Part shown: piece by piece, positions 37,651 to 51,409 of the stretch | Position numbering within the stretch: position 1 is the first letter of the stretch | Layout: the number at the start of each line of letters is the position of its first letter | Assembly: GCA_028023455.1 (NCBI GenBank) | Contig: JAQFVV010000002.1 | Location: forward strand, 8,990,001 to 9,054,000 | Direction of reading: 5' to 3' | Source: Epiperipatus broadwayi | Taxonomy: Eukaryota > Animalia > Onychophora | DNA: 64,000 nucleotides | The notes under the pieces: model-generated | What the model was told of the DNA's origin: nothing | What the model saw: only the letters and a program-made list of their open reading frames with translations | Database searches by the model: none | Program-made: the position numbers and the translations under genes

Positions 37651-40285
37651 TGTACCATCTAGGGGTATTCCACCCATATTTGATATTATATATATAAGTA
37701 TTTAATTTTTTAATCTCGATTTTAATTCATTATTTGATCTAAGGATTATTAATGGTTGGAATTGCTGAATAATGTTTCACTTGACCTTAATATGTGATTC
37801 AGTCCTTTTATAAAACTCTACACATTGTTTTGTTTATTTTCTAATCTAGTATAAATATTTCGTAGAAGAGACAGAAATTTGCAATTTTCTCTTCCCTGTA
37901 TCCTTAGAAAACAAGTGAGATAGTAAATTCAACAAAAAGAGAAAAATGTGCACATGTTTACTTTTGATATAAATTGTGACATAGAGGTACTTTGTAAACT
38001 TTGAATTCTAATAGATAAATAGCAAAAATTATGTTGAAATTGAAATAATGATTTGACTTATTTAATTTTATCATGTCATTGAGAATAAGCTTATGATTCA
38101 TTTTATTTTAAAAAAATAATAATAGTAATAAATAAAGAAAGAGGAAGTACGTTAACATTTAGTATATATTTTTAAAATTCTGATAAAAGAAATCAGACCA
38201 TGGTCTTGCATTGGTGGTTGAGAAGTCAGTGCGACTGCCTTGCACTTGCAGGCAGTTGCCCGGGTTGCGGGTTCGCATCCCTGACGAAGCTTTGACACTT
38301 AAAAAAGAAAAAGAAATCAGAACATCTCAAATTTTGAAAACAGCATTTTATTAAATAATAGTTCTTATCCATACATCTTAATAAATAGTTGGTGTGTTAT
38401 ATTTTTGGACATATGAATATATATGTATGAATATGTATGATTGATGTTATAAAAAAAGAACTATTTATTTGTAACAATGATCATTCAACAAAGTCTAGGA
38501 AATGTATATCTTGAGAGTTGTCTGACAACAATAATAAAAAAAAACTTCACATAAAGAAAAAAAAGAATAAACTTTTTTTTTAGTTTGTATTCATATATAT
38601 GCTTCTTTTATCATTTCCAAAAGGATATCTATATATTTAACCAATATTTTACCTTAAAAGAAAATGCATTGTATATATTTATGAAATTGTTAATTAAGGA
38701 ATTACATAGCATGGATTATTAAAAATTAGTTAGCATCTGCTTTAAAGATCACAAAATGAAGGTTTAATCATCAACTGAAATATGGCTTCCATCACAATTG
38801 AAAGATTTTTATTAAAGATCTGTAAAATGTCCATCTAAATTTAAAGCAAGTACATATGCATATACCATGGATACAATGCCAATATTTATAAATAAAATTA
38901 ATAATGCTATTAAAGATACCAAAACATAATATTGATGTACTACTGAAAAAATTATTGAATGGAACTGTAAAATGTTGATTTGTATATTTATTCACTATAT
39001 CTACTATCTATCAGTCGGAAGCAATCTTTTTTATATGTATTGAGAAAAATATACATTAATTCTGCATTTTGTTTTGGATTATAAATATAAAAATTACTAG
39101 TCACACAGTAACCAGATGAATACAGTAATAAATCCCGCAGAAACTGACCAGTGATGATGTTCAATATTTTAGATGTTCATATGTATTTAAGGAATATGTT
39201 ACGTGACAACCTTTTTAAATAAGCTAATGTATCTGTATGTATTCATGATGAAACTATAATGAATAACCTGAAGGCATAAATCTAAAAGATCATTTTGTTA
39301 TAATATTATTGCTTCATAGTTATGATGTATTCAAGTAATTGCACATGGATTTGTTGCCAGTTCAAGTATTTTGAAACCTTGGACATTGAGTGTCTTATTA
39401 ATGTTGTAGAGGGCTTAGTTTCATTTTAATGTTTTCACTTATATTTAGGTAATCATTTCATGTATGTCTGTCAATATAAAGAATAATTGCTTTAAAGCAA
39501 GCAATTAGTTAGAGGAAATTGCTATAGTTGATTGAGATTATGAATAATCATTGAATAGATTTTATTAGGGTATCTTATTTAGGTTTGATATTCTTAATAA
39601 CAAACCATAATAAGCTATTTTTCTTTACCAATTAAATTTGAATAAATTTAATTCAAATACATATTTTTTTCTAATTGTACAATACACATATTATCTTGCA
39701 TCATTTAACCACCCACATTATCACCATGTTTGATTTTCTATGACACATGTTACTTTTACTTGTTCATTATTTATGCAATGTAAATAAACTACCATAAAAT
39801 TGTTTTATTAACTAGAAGTCATGGGTTGCATTTATTTTAATTCATAATAATAATTATAAGCTATAGCCACAAAAGACAGCTTTAGATGAACTTTAACTGG
39901 CAAATAGTTCACTATGAATTGATATCTATTTCATTCACTTAACATTAGTTAGTGTTTATCTTTTGAAGATTAGTATCTAATGAAGAATTAGCATTCTTCA
40001 TTATTCGATCTTACATTAGATTGTATTGGTATGAGTGAAAGTTTAAAGTCAGCACACACATAAAACTCTTAATATTTCAATATTTTGCATTTTATGAAAT
40101 ATTATCTGACTCAATATAATAATTTTTATGTGATGGCATTGAATCTATCAATTTTTTTGCAATCGTTTGACTGGTTAAAGGATTCCTATTCTCAATCCAT
40201 TTAATTACATTTATACGATAAATATATACTTTAAATTGAGTATATGACTGTGATCACCTAGCTACCCCATTCAAACAATTACAGT
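37651..40285 (+). repeat. Diverged duplicated block, copy B
   Basis: Colinear with 33355-35903; carries an extra SINE. Confidence 0.9.
38203..38308 (+). mobile_element. tRNA-Gly-derived SINE, copy 2
   Basis: gtcttgcattggtggttgag...gggttcgcatccctgacgaagctttgacac plus A-tail. TSD aaaagaaatcaga at 38185-38197 and 38309-38321. The empty site is in copy A at ~33885-33908. Confidence 0.85.
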
Positions 40286-40524
40286 ATATATATATCAAAA
40301 AAAAAAAAAAGAAATAAATTTTGTGAAAGACTATGATTTGAGCTTTTGTTCACTGGCTACATTATCTATTGATAGAAATTGTTTAAGAATCAGAAGATAA
40401 ACTAGAAGAAAAAAATGAAGATGAACTAATAGCAAAATTTAACAATATAAAATAATTTAGACAGTAAAATTATAACAAGAATTAAAGGCAGCTTAGAATA
40501 CCTCAATTTATATCCTAATGAAGC

Positions 40525-40818
40525 AATTAAAGTTTTAGTGTGGATAATTAAATTTAATGATTTTTAAATATTATAATGATAATGACTTCATTATTATGAA
40601 TTAAAATATAAATAAACATAGTGATAACTTCTAACAAAATTTAAATATCTTTATATTGTTAGCCAAATTTTAACATACAAATTAAAGTTTTAATATGTGA
40701 TAATTAAATTTAATGACTTTTAAATACTGTAATGATAATGAATTCATTATTATATATTTAAAATATAAATAAACATTGTGATGAGAACATCTGACAAAAA
40801 TTGAAATATCTTTACATT
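40525..40818 (+). repeat. ~155-bp tandem duplication
   Basis: aattaaagtttta...gataattaaatttaatga...aatatcttta at 40525 and 40680. Confidence 0.8.
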
Positions 40819-41919
40819 TTTATTCATACACACATATATAAATATAACAAATCAAAAACAACACTGATTACAAAAATAGAAATCCAAAATCTTTTATTTA
40901 AAAGTGTAAGTAATATTTTAATAATTACCCATGTATGTCTTTCATAGTTAGACTCTAAACACTCACCATAAGATATTTATAGTTATAAAATAATTACTAT
41001 ATTTATCATCATCATCATTGTTTATTTTTAAAAGATAGGCCTGAATGCCATTTTCACCAAGCCTCTTTAGTTTTTGATCCCCCCTTTTTGAGATAAACTT
41101 AGCAATAAAACCTGTTTAAATATAAAAATTTAAAAAAATATATGATAATGGCAAATTGTGATGCTATGTTAACTGTTGTTGATTAATTTCGTTTCTCATA
41201 CTTTTTTAAAGCAAGCTTAATACATTTTGATGATAAATATTTTAGCATAAACCTATCTGTATAAATATATCACTTATAAAAAAAAATGTGATTATGTATT
41301 TTTAAACTTGTATTTCTACCATTTAAATATGAGATTAACTGTTGTGTTCATTTTGATAAAATTCAGAACTGATATATAATTTATGTTTGACTATATTTAT
41401 GCATATGTGAACAATGTGTAAAACACCATAGCAAATGGCATAGAGAATAAAGAATCATATAGGATCAAAAGAGTTTATTGTTAACTGAAAGGAAGACCCT
41501 TTGATTACTTTTTGAGATCTTTAAAAAACCTTAGCAGAGAAAATTATTAATGTCTATTCTGTATGTTATTATTAACATGAATGGACTGCTCACCATTATG
41601 TATCAGCCAGCATAGTAATTTATTAGATTTTTACCTCTGAGAATAAGATCAAGAAATATATTGGTTTTTCTTCTCAGTTATCTGATAGTTCTTATTTAAA
41701 AATATCCATTGAATTTTCTTGAAAGCAAAATGAATGAATGGGTATATGAACTTTTTTGTAAATAGATATTTATAATCATAACAGAAAAAAAAACTAAATT
41801 CTGGCACATATTTTTACCAGACTGTAAAATCATCAGTCAAGGCAAGGTTTGGCAGCCAAAGGTTGAGGGTACTACAAATTTTTTGATTGCAGATCCTGGT
41901 TGTCATTTGGTAATGTTCT

Positions 41920-44900
41920 TTCCTTTATATGCTTACAACTGCAAATTGCTTCTATGTAAACTAAGATTGCATAGAAAATTGCTAACTTCGTGAAGTGAAA
42001 AGAAAAAATGAAGAGGCAATTGATTTAAAAGTGACTTGTACTTTACAATAAGGTACAAATAGTGTAACTGTAATAAATAGAGTGGAATTTATTATAAATA
42101 AAAAGAAGAATTATATTGTGTAGATTGATCATATACCAGATAGAATAGCAAAATTAATTATTTAACTTAATGAAAGCTATCAAATACAGATAATCAGGTT
42201 TTAGCCCAAACAAGTTTTCATTATGATGCAGAAGTAGAGGATTTCTATATGGATGTATAGATAAAACATCTTAAAATTGTCATAGGAGATTTTACTTTAG
42301 AATTGTTAAACAATTGGAAATATAAAACTATTGTGAATAAATTTGCTTATGGTGTTAGAAATGAGAGATGACTCAGACTTGTGATGTTTGCAGAAAAAAA
42401 TACTGTATATTATAAATTCTTTCAAGAAAAATGCTAAGTGGAAATGGATTATATTTTAACTAATAAAAAATATATATTTCAAGATTGTAATATTTTCAAT
42501 AAATTAAACACAGAAAACAAACATTTTTTAGTGAGATGTAAGATACATGCTAAGGCAAAACTAGAAAGATTAAAATTATTAAAAAAACAAACAAACAAAC
42601 AGCATTCATAATTGATGATCCTAATTTTCTGAAGCATCCCAATGAATTTAAATTAAAACTTACAAATTGTTTTAAAATATTAACATATTTTGAATATAGT
42701 TCAGATTTGAATGAAGTCAATATGAAGATAATTTTTACACCATTAAAAACTACAACAAAAAATAGCAGGAAAAAAAATGACAATTTACTAATAACTCTCT
42801 GCTGAGACAATACAGTGTATGAAGAAAAGAAGAAATATTAAAAATTATAAAAATGATCTATAAACAAATGTATATCTAAAGTATTGTAAAATATTATGAA
42901 AAGAGTTCATAATGATGTTAAAAAAATGCAATTGTGAATTAGCAAGGAAAGCTTTAGAAAAGAATGAAAATCTTAAAAATGTAAAACATCATTTTGGTGT
43001 TGTAGGAAACTTGTTTATGCAATAAGAATAAAATATAAAATAATAGACAGATAATACCATCAAATGTATGGAAGATACCTATAAAGAATTATATAAAAAT
43101 AAAGATCAAGAAAACAAAGTAACTCCTATCATTACTATAATCTTCTTAATTGTCCAGCATTCTAAATGAAGAAAGGAGAAAATGCAATTATATCTATGAT
43201 GAAAAGTGATGGAATTATAATCAATATCTTAAAAGAAGCGGGTAAAAAAATAGAAAAATTGTTCACAATGTTATATACCAATGTCTAAATGATAAAAATT
43301 TACCAGATATTTGGAAGTTAATATTTAAAAAAGATGGTAAAGAAGATATTAAAAATTATAAATATATTAGTTTTTTATCAGTTCTATACAAATTTTTACA
43401 AAGATAATTACAACTCATCTACATCTAACTTTGAATTTTAACCAACCATAAGAACAAACTGGATTAAAAAATTTCACAATGGATCATATCCAAGTATTGA
43501 GAGAAATTATAGAAAGTACCAGTGAATATGAGTTGCAGTTATGCTTTGGATCTATAGATTATGGAAAGATATTTGATTCTATAAGCATTTCTACATTGCT
43601 TAAAGCATTGAACCATTAAGATATTGCCATACTCTGAAAACTATTTGTCAATATGTAACAAAAATGATTAGAATGTGCACTCATATTAAGAAGATATAAT
43701 GAGAAAAGTGTACAAGGTTATTTCCTATCTCCCAAGACTTTTTACAGCAATTTTACATGAAATATTTTATAGATTAAAATGGGAAACTAAGAAAATAAAA
43801 GTATATGGAGATTATTTAAGTCATTCAGATTTTTCAGATGATGTTATTTCTCCAAATAATTCATCAGAGCTTAAGGAAATATTGCAGGAGTTATCAGATC
43901 AAAGTAAAACTAAATACTAATGCTAAAAAGACTAAATTAATAATGATCAATGGATTTTTTGAAAAAAATAAAGATCAATAATGATAAATTAGAAATTAAC
44001 AGCTATAAGTCCTTGGTCAAATTATTAATAGAGATAGAAATGTAATGCAAAAAAGTACTCATAGAATTAAACTGAGTGGAAACCTTTTGATAAAATAACT
44101 TAATATTAAATAATAGAAATAAAAATTTGTTTATATTAAATGGTATTACTGATTGTGAACTAGGAAGATAAAAATTAATTGTTTTTTCAACCACAATTGG
44201 AGTCTTTAGATTTAACTTGAATTAAAAGCATGAGAGGTTCAGAAATTAATTAAGTCAATCCCTCATGATAATAAGAGCATTTAATATTAAAAAAAGTTAT
44301 CTCTGTTATTTTTAAGTTTTTAGTATTGGCACAGTAAATAAAAATGTAAAACTATATAGTACTTTAAATTGGCTGGACACATATTTGGTATATATATATA
44401 TATTTCTGCTATAAGTTAAAATATATACCTGTTATATATATATATATATCATATTTAGTATATGTACATAACAATACAATTGTATATATGTAATTAAAAA
44501 TATTTTTAGGTGAAAAGTGTTTAACATTTTTATTTTGATTGGAAATTTATTTATTTTTTAAAAATGCATACTTAAACTATATTGTAAATGAACTTCACTT
44601 AATATACATAATTTTACTTTAAGTCAATTTTCCACAAATAGTGTGATATATCACTAGATATTTTTGCAGTAAATTAATATGTATTGCACCAGTAAGAAAG
44701 AGGGGTGATCAGATTGCATGCTCTTGCAATTGTGTAGCCATTTGTAACATACACCACATATTGTTGCTAAATTATGATGAGATGGCAAACCATCATCATC
44801 CCCACAAAATAATAAAAATTAAATATAAAAGGAATGAGAATGAGAGATCAGCAAAGAATAAAACTAAGTATAAATTCATGCAGCATTAACCAAAAATAAT

Positions 44901-45750
44901 AATAAAAGCATTCATCATTATGCAAATCAACAACAAACATCAATATATTTATTTGGATGCACAGATTCTTAATGTATATATCATATTTAATATGTGTACA
45001 TAATTATATATGTCTTAAAAAATCAGTAACTTTTCTGTTTAAAATTCATTTGAAAAAAAAAAGCTTAACAACATTATATTATAAACAATTTTCTCATTAC
45101 TTAACTCACTACAAATAAAATTAATAATGATCATTATTTGGACAAACTTTCAACAAAGTTATATTTACCTTATATTAAATATCAATTGTAAAGTGTTAAA
45201 AAAAGGTTATTAAATTGAAAGAAAAAAATTATATCACCCTCTTATGAGTTAAAAACAAACAATAAACAAACTGATTATTCAATAAAAGCATTTAAAAAGA
45301 AGTATATCTATGTATTTACAAAGGAAGATATTTAATAAAAGTGTTTTACTAATTTTTACTTATGTTTCTGAGACGTGGGCACTTAACGGAAGAGTAATAC
45401 AGAAACTTCAGACAATTTAATGAACAATGGAGAAGTGTATGTTAGGATTAACAAGAAGTGATAGAAAATGAAATATATGGGTGAGAAAACAAACAAGTAT
45501 TACTGAAGTCGTTAAATGACTTAAGATATTAAAGTGGGGCTGTGCTAGATATATACTGTTAGACAAAACAGTAATAGATGGACAGTTGAAATATTAAATT
45601 GCATCCCATGAGGTAAAATATCTAGAAAGAAATCACAAATGAGATGGATGGTTGAAGTAAGAAAGTTTTCTTGTATGATGAGAAGAGACAGAAACCAGAG
45701 AAAATAGATTAAATTTAGGGACCTTCATCCTGCAGTGGACTGATAATAAC
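41920..45750 (+). mobile_element. Near full-length decayed RTE LINE, interrupted at ~44010-45270
   Basis: EN: AYNC, YGVRNER, KWKW, DYILTNK. RT: EDIKNYKYIS, EQTG, DHIQVLREI, LFTAILHEIF, LSHSDFSDD, NAKKTK. Tail: TYVSETWAL, EKCMLG, LKWG, RWTVEIL, FILQW. Many stops. Confidence 0.85.
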
Positions 45751-46468
45751 TAAAAATGATTATAATGATTATAAATTTTAGTCATCTTGAAATTTTTGTT
45801 AATTTAATTATATAATTTTCTGGTAAAATTGTTGATAATTTATTTACTTCTTTTTATGTATTTTTGGTTAAATCTTAAGATCTTTTTTAAAACTACTTTT
45901 GTAATTCTTTACAGTTTATTTAATTACAGATTTTTAATATTGAATGGTTACAAATTTAATAAAATTATTCAGGTTTTTAATTAATTATTTATTTATATGG
46001 CATATAATATAAAGCTGCATTTAAATTATAATAAAGACAATTAAAATATATCACAAATTAGTCCTTTCTATTTTAATAAATTAATTATTTTAAATTACAA
46101 ATTTTTATAAGATGCTAAAAATAACAGACATACCACACTCATATGTGATAATAATGAATAATAATAATTTGTGGCAACTAAAGAAATTTATGATTTTTTA
46201 AGCCAATGCTTGATGAAAAAGGGCAACCAATTTCTGTTGTACATATGTTTCTGACATCACAAATGTCATCAGCAATCTGGGAACTAGTTGATACACCATC
46301 AAACATAGTAATGAAAATTCTATTTAAATATCATTACAAAAAACAATTTACAGTTTTCAATAGAGGGTTAGCTAGTTTTCAAATGTTGATGACTTAAATT
46401 ATGATAGAAATATATGTCCAGCAGAAGTGGAATGACTTTTGCATCAAACATTGGCACTTGAAAGATTA

Positions 46469-46699
46469 AACCATTAAACATCACATGATCACGATTTTTT
46501 ATGCTTGCTCATAACTGTTATTAAAGCAGGCAAAACTCTCCATACAGTAGTGCCACTCAGTGCAAGTCAAACTAGTCTGTAGATATTGGATGAGTAGATA
46601 GGGATTTTATGTACAAGCCTTCTGGCATCCATTGATTACTCTGGCTTGTACTGCGTGGCACTACTGTATAAAGAGTTTTGCCTGTTTCAATAACATTTA
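46469..46699. mobile_element. Short head-to-head copy of the hammerhead retroelement (only the 3' half of the ribozyme)
   Basis: Left arm from aaccattaaacatcac, junction at ~46567, inverted arm begins aaactagtctg. Putative 8-bp TSD aaagatta at 46461-46468 and 46700-46707. Confidence 0.8.
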
Positions 46700-49092
46700 A
46701 AAGATTATAAATTTCTGAAAATTTTGTACACTAAGTTAACTTTATTATTATATATATATATTATGATACAATTTAATTTAAAATTTGTACATTTAGATAT
46801 CAACAAAAATAATTAAGAAAAAACAGTGAAATAATAAATTAAGAATAAAAGAGCACTTTTACATAAGTATATACTTGACTATATTGTACCCCAGTCTAGA
46901 TAAATAAGTATATGAATGTGTTCACTTGATTTCTTTCTCAAAAAATAAAAATTAAATTTACTATCAATCTTCTTCATTCTTCTTGTAATGCAAATTGATG
47001 TTGAAAAAATACAAATGTATTTTTAATGTATGTAATGTTTTAAAATTTATAGCAAATTCTGTTTATTAATATTTTAGTCTTTATATAAAACCAATGCATT
47101 TTAATGAAACAAGATATCATATTTTAATGTTATTGTTTACTAGACCATTTTTTCTGTTTAAAACCATTCACTTTCAAATGTAATGCTTTTATAATTTTCA
47201 TTCTAAATACTTATCATGTTCTATAGATATAACTTCAGTAGTTTCAGAAGACCAAATAATATCCACATCTGTTTATCTTCTTTACTATTTTATGAAGTGA
47301 TGATTCATTCTCATTGAATATATTGCCAATTTGAGCATATGATTTTTTTTCTCAAAAGTAAATCAATTATTTTCATTTTGTCATATAACATTGCTTGATG
47401 GCTTCTTAAATTTGCTACCTTTATTCATTTTGCACTTTGAAACCATTTTTAATGAATTTTTTTAAATTCAAAACATCAATACAATAATATGAGCTCAAAT
47501 ACTTATAATCAGATTGCAATGGAATTTAGTTTGTGATAAAAGAAAATGAATGCTTCTATATAAGCAAGACAGGTAAAAAACATGACACATTCTTAATTTT
47601 TTATTTAATGTTTTATTAATTTTGTAATATGGTGTTTTTATTATACAGTACAGTACATTGTTTTTAAATTTAACTCCTAAATATTTTCTTTTTTAAATTA
47701 GTAGGTGGTATTTTTTTTTTTATCAAAAATTTTATTACTTATGCATTACATATAGCTATACACGCACAGTACAAATTTGTCAGATATGGGAAGCAAAACA
47801 ATCTATTATATACTAATTAAGAGTTTGTATTATAAAATGCAGAATTAGTTAAGCAATGGTCTGAATCTCTATTCCAGATTAATTAGTTTCCAAATAGCTC
47901 TGCAGACAAGTTTTGGTGCTAATTTCACATCTCTGTTTCTCATTGTCCATAGTTTCTGAAGGAAGGATTGCTGAGGATCAGTGTCAGCTGGATTAAAAGG
48001 CAAATTACATCTCATTGGCCAGAAGTTATACACCAAAAATGTGGCACTACTCTTAACAGCAAAATCTCCAATGGCAGTGCAGTATTTGAGTATATCAATT
48101 ACTTTGCTTCTTTTGATATATCAATTGAATCAAGCCTTCAACCCTGTAGTGCTGTACAATGGTTAAAGATATGCAATATAGTGTCCTCTCCCCTCTGATA
48201 CAGCAGGCAGGCAGGATCTATGGAAGTGAACCCCCTATGCATCACAAGAAAATAGTTCATGGAGAGGGCATCCAAGTTGAATTTAACTAGAAAGTCAAAG
48301 AACCTTGGTTCCGGGTTCAATCTTCTAAATTTTTAATAAGACAAAAGTTAGTGATATTGAGGAATGAGGAACTGGACAAGGAAACATCGTTGATGAGTTG
48401 GAAAGCATTCCAATATTTAATTTTTGCAGAATTGAATTGGAGGTGTGATTATTTTTTAAATATCCAGCAGAATCTCAGTTAACCAGTTTTTATTAATTGG
48501 AGGGATGAATATCCATAGGGTTAATGGGGCAAAATGGTGTTGCTTCCAGAAAAAAGGAACTTTAAATTATCAAATTATGGGAGCATTGAAGCCAAATTGC
48601 TTGAAGTGAATGGAGTAAAAGACCATTCCACTTGGAGTGTCTCTGGATGTTTCTGAGACTGATGGGCCACAGTCCTACTTTCCACAGTAAGTGTTTATAT
48701 AAGGAATTGAACACTGAATTTTCTTGTGAATTTAATGAATGGCATAAAGTATGCTATCCTAGGGAATACCAATATATTCAACAGAGAGGTTTTCACATAG
48801 AATGAGATATACACTTTTGCTAGAGAATTAGTAATGTTATTGACTGAAGCAAGAATGGAGTCCTGTACAGCTTTCCTCATCACCAATGGGGAGAGACTGA
48901 TAGGTAGTCCTAGGAACTTCTGCAGTTTCAAAGTGAATGGGGAGGATATGGTTTTCTCTGAGGATAGCCTCCATGCAGCGAACCGCTTTTCTTGTTAAAT
49001 TCTCTGTCCCAGTATTGGTGATCTGATTGGCTAAATGCTTGAGAGGTTTGCACTCTCTCAGTTTATTTCAAAATAAAGGAAAGTCTGGACTT

Positions 49093-49601
49093 CTAGGAAA
49101 TTTCAGATATAAGTTGCATAAGCTTGGGAATGAATCTGCAAGATGGCAAGAACATCACCAGGTCATCCATGAAGGATATGTGAGTGATATTTTTGTTCAA
49201 ACTGGAGAGAAAGAACCCAGGAATATTCTGCTCCAGTGATTTTAAGAAAGGATTAACATATATAATAAAGATCAGGGCACTCAGAGGAGATCCCTGCGGA
49301 ATGGATTTTGTCAGTTTAAATGTATTGGAAAGTTTCCCATTTAAAGAGATGGATATTTCCCATTTATTAAGCAGGTTGGCAATAATATTGATTATGCTTG
49401 TGGGAATCCCGAATTCACCATGCAGATGGATAATCTGGAGGATTCTCACCACATCAAAGGCTCCAGAGATATCCAGTTGTATTACTACTGGCATAGTCCT
49501 TCTGTTCATTCTGATGTGATCTACTATGATTTTAAAGAGACTCACTACCTCTGCAGTTGACGATCCTTTCCTGATGAACTGGAACTTGGAGATGTAAGGT
49601 A
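49093..49601 (-). pseudogene. Reverse transcriptase core (open segment) of the L1-like element
   Basis: ORF-track 171-aa frame. Its GTG start lies inside the insertion; the true frame continues at 50053+ (DKIQEMYLPYISKFQ). Confidence 0.9.
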
Positions 49602-50052
49602 AAACCACTAAACATCACATGATCACTATCTCATACTAGCACAATAATTGTTATTAAACAATTCAAAACAAAACAACACTCTCCATATAGTAGTGCCATC
49701 TTGTGCTAACAAGAGCAATCAATGGATGCCAGAAGGCTTGTGCATAAAATCCCTATCTAGTGCCTACTCATCCAATATCCCCAGACTAGTTTCTGACTTG
49801 GTTGTGTAGTTAAATAGAGTTAAAAGGTGGGTGCTGGAGGGTTGCATTAGATCCTAAGATCTAGGTGCAGTGCTCTCAGATCCAAGGCTCCTCACTGATG
49901 AAGGTCACAAGCCAGAAACTAGTCTGGGGATATTGGATGAGTAGGCACTAGATAGGGATTTTATGCACAAGCCTTCTGGCATCCATTGATTGCTCTTGTT
50001 AGCACAAGATGGCACTACTATATGGAAAGTGTTGTTTTGTTTTGAATTGTTT
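49602..50052. mobile_element. Head-to-head hammerhead retroelement inserted in RT, perfect 12-bp TSD
   Basis: TSD agatgtaaggta at 49590-49601 and 50053-50064. Left arm 49602-49800, right arm ~49801-50052. Confidence 0.92.
49889..49930 (+). ncRNA. Minimal type-I hammerhead ribozyme, intact core
   Basis: TCCTCA CTGATGA AGGTCACAAGCCA GAAA CTAG TC^TGGGGA. Predicted cut after 49924. Confidence 0.85.
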
Positions 50053-50856
50053 AGATGTAAGGTAGATACATTTCCTGGATTTTATCCTTGATGATGATTC
50101 AATTAATTTGACAATTAATGGAGTCATTGAGATGGGTCTCAGATTTTCAAGAGGCAAAAGAAAGATAATCTCTTGAGAAATGGGACCATCCCAATAGGAT
50201 ATAAGGCATCAATTTCAAGAGGACCAGAGGCAAGGAGATCTGTCATAATTGGTATTGTAAATGCTTCAAGATGTCTGAGTATGAATTTAGGAATTCCATG
50301 GAGATCTGGATGTGTTTGGTCAAGAGTATGGTATTTGTTAAGATTATTTATCTGTTTAAAAATAATTGCAACTTTGACATTAAAGAATATATATTTAATC
50401 TTTTACAAATACAATCAATGGAAATGATTAACCAGTCTCACATAGCTTTAATGTTATTTTTGTTATTTATAAAAGTTTATAACAATTAAAATGCTTACCA
50501 TTTTCAAAATAATATTTTTGATTGTTTTATTTTGATTTTTTTTTTATTATGATGGTTAATAAAACAAAAAATTGAAAAAAAAATGTTTTTACAATTTTTA
50601 AATAAATTTCATTAATCTTTGTTGTTATCTTCATTGGTAATATATAATACAATGAATAAATGACTAAGTATTACAAATTAAAGAGAATGAAATCAAATCT
50701 TTATTTTGGGGTTAATTAAAGTCAGAAATATAAGTTATCAATACAAACTCTGAAAATGTTTTTTTTTTTCTTTCACCATATTATGTCATTTATTGTAAGC
50801 TTTAGTAATTAATACATGCCCTGTGATTATGCAATTCCATGCTGTCCTATCTGATA

Positions 50857-50897
50857 TCTTCAGACTCCTTTCAAATTTATGGCTTTCATCAGTGATA
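50857..50897 (-). ncRNA. Old degenerate hammerhead relic
   Basis: TATCA CTGATGA AAGCCATAAATTT GAAA GGAG TC TGAAGA; the flanks resemble the family. Confidence 0.5.
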
Positions 50898-51409
50898 AAA
50901 TTTGGGTATTGAATTAGTAAATCTAAACCTTTAGGAATTTCAATTCAAGACAACTTGTTTATATAGTCACAAAAATCTGAAATCTGTTAAGTATCTATAA
51001 ATTATAGTGTAATTAGTGTATTAACAAATATAGGTATCTATATTCTGTGATTAGAATTGGTATAAAAGCAATAAAATATCATAAGACTACTATATGACTC
51101 CACCTTAGACCCTAGGATTTCAGAAGTGTATGTGATGTGATGCATTGTGGTCAGGAATCTCTGAACCATTATGTCCAGAGAAACTTGTTCCCCACCTTAC
51201 CTTCCCTTTCCATTCACCATCCTATTTTTTCCATATTCTTCTCTATTGTGCTACATTCTATTTCCACGATATAATCTTGGTCAACTCTATGGATTTTATA
51301 TCTAAATCCCTCTTAACTTTTCCTAAACCCAGCATAAAAACCAATCACTCTGTTTATATTTATTCTCCCACAACTTTATTATTTATATTCTGTTTGTAGA
51401 CATTTACAT

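Larger units (their letters stand above)
47711..50400 (-). mobile_element. 5'-truncated L1/Tx1-like LINE (RT plus C-terminal CCHC), split by a ribozyme element
   Basis: HPDLHGIP, NLRPISM, LDISGAFD, IPQGSPLSALIF, ISFMDD, KFLGLP and a C-terminal CLLY..EDTILHIFNHC. AATAAA and A-tail toward 47711. Approximate 5' bound. Confidence 0.85.

Noticed and set aside
49602-49608. Start codon of the 171-aa RT ORF
   Set aside because: The GTG lies inside the inserted ribozyme element; the real frame continues beyond the insertion.
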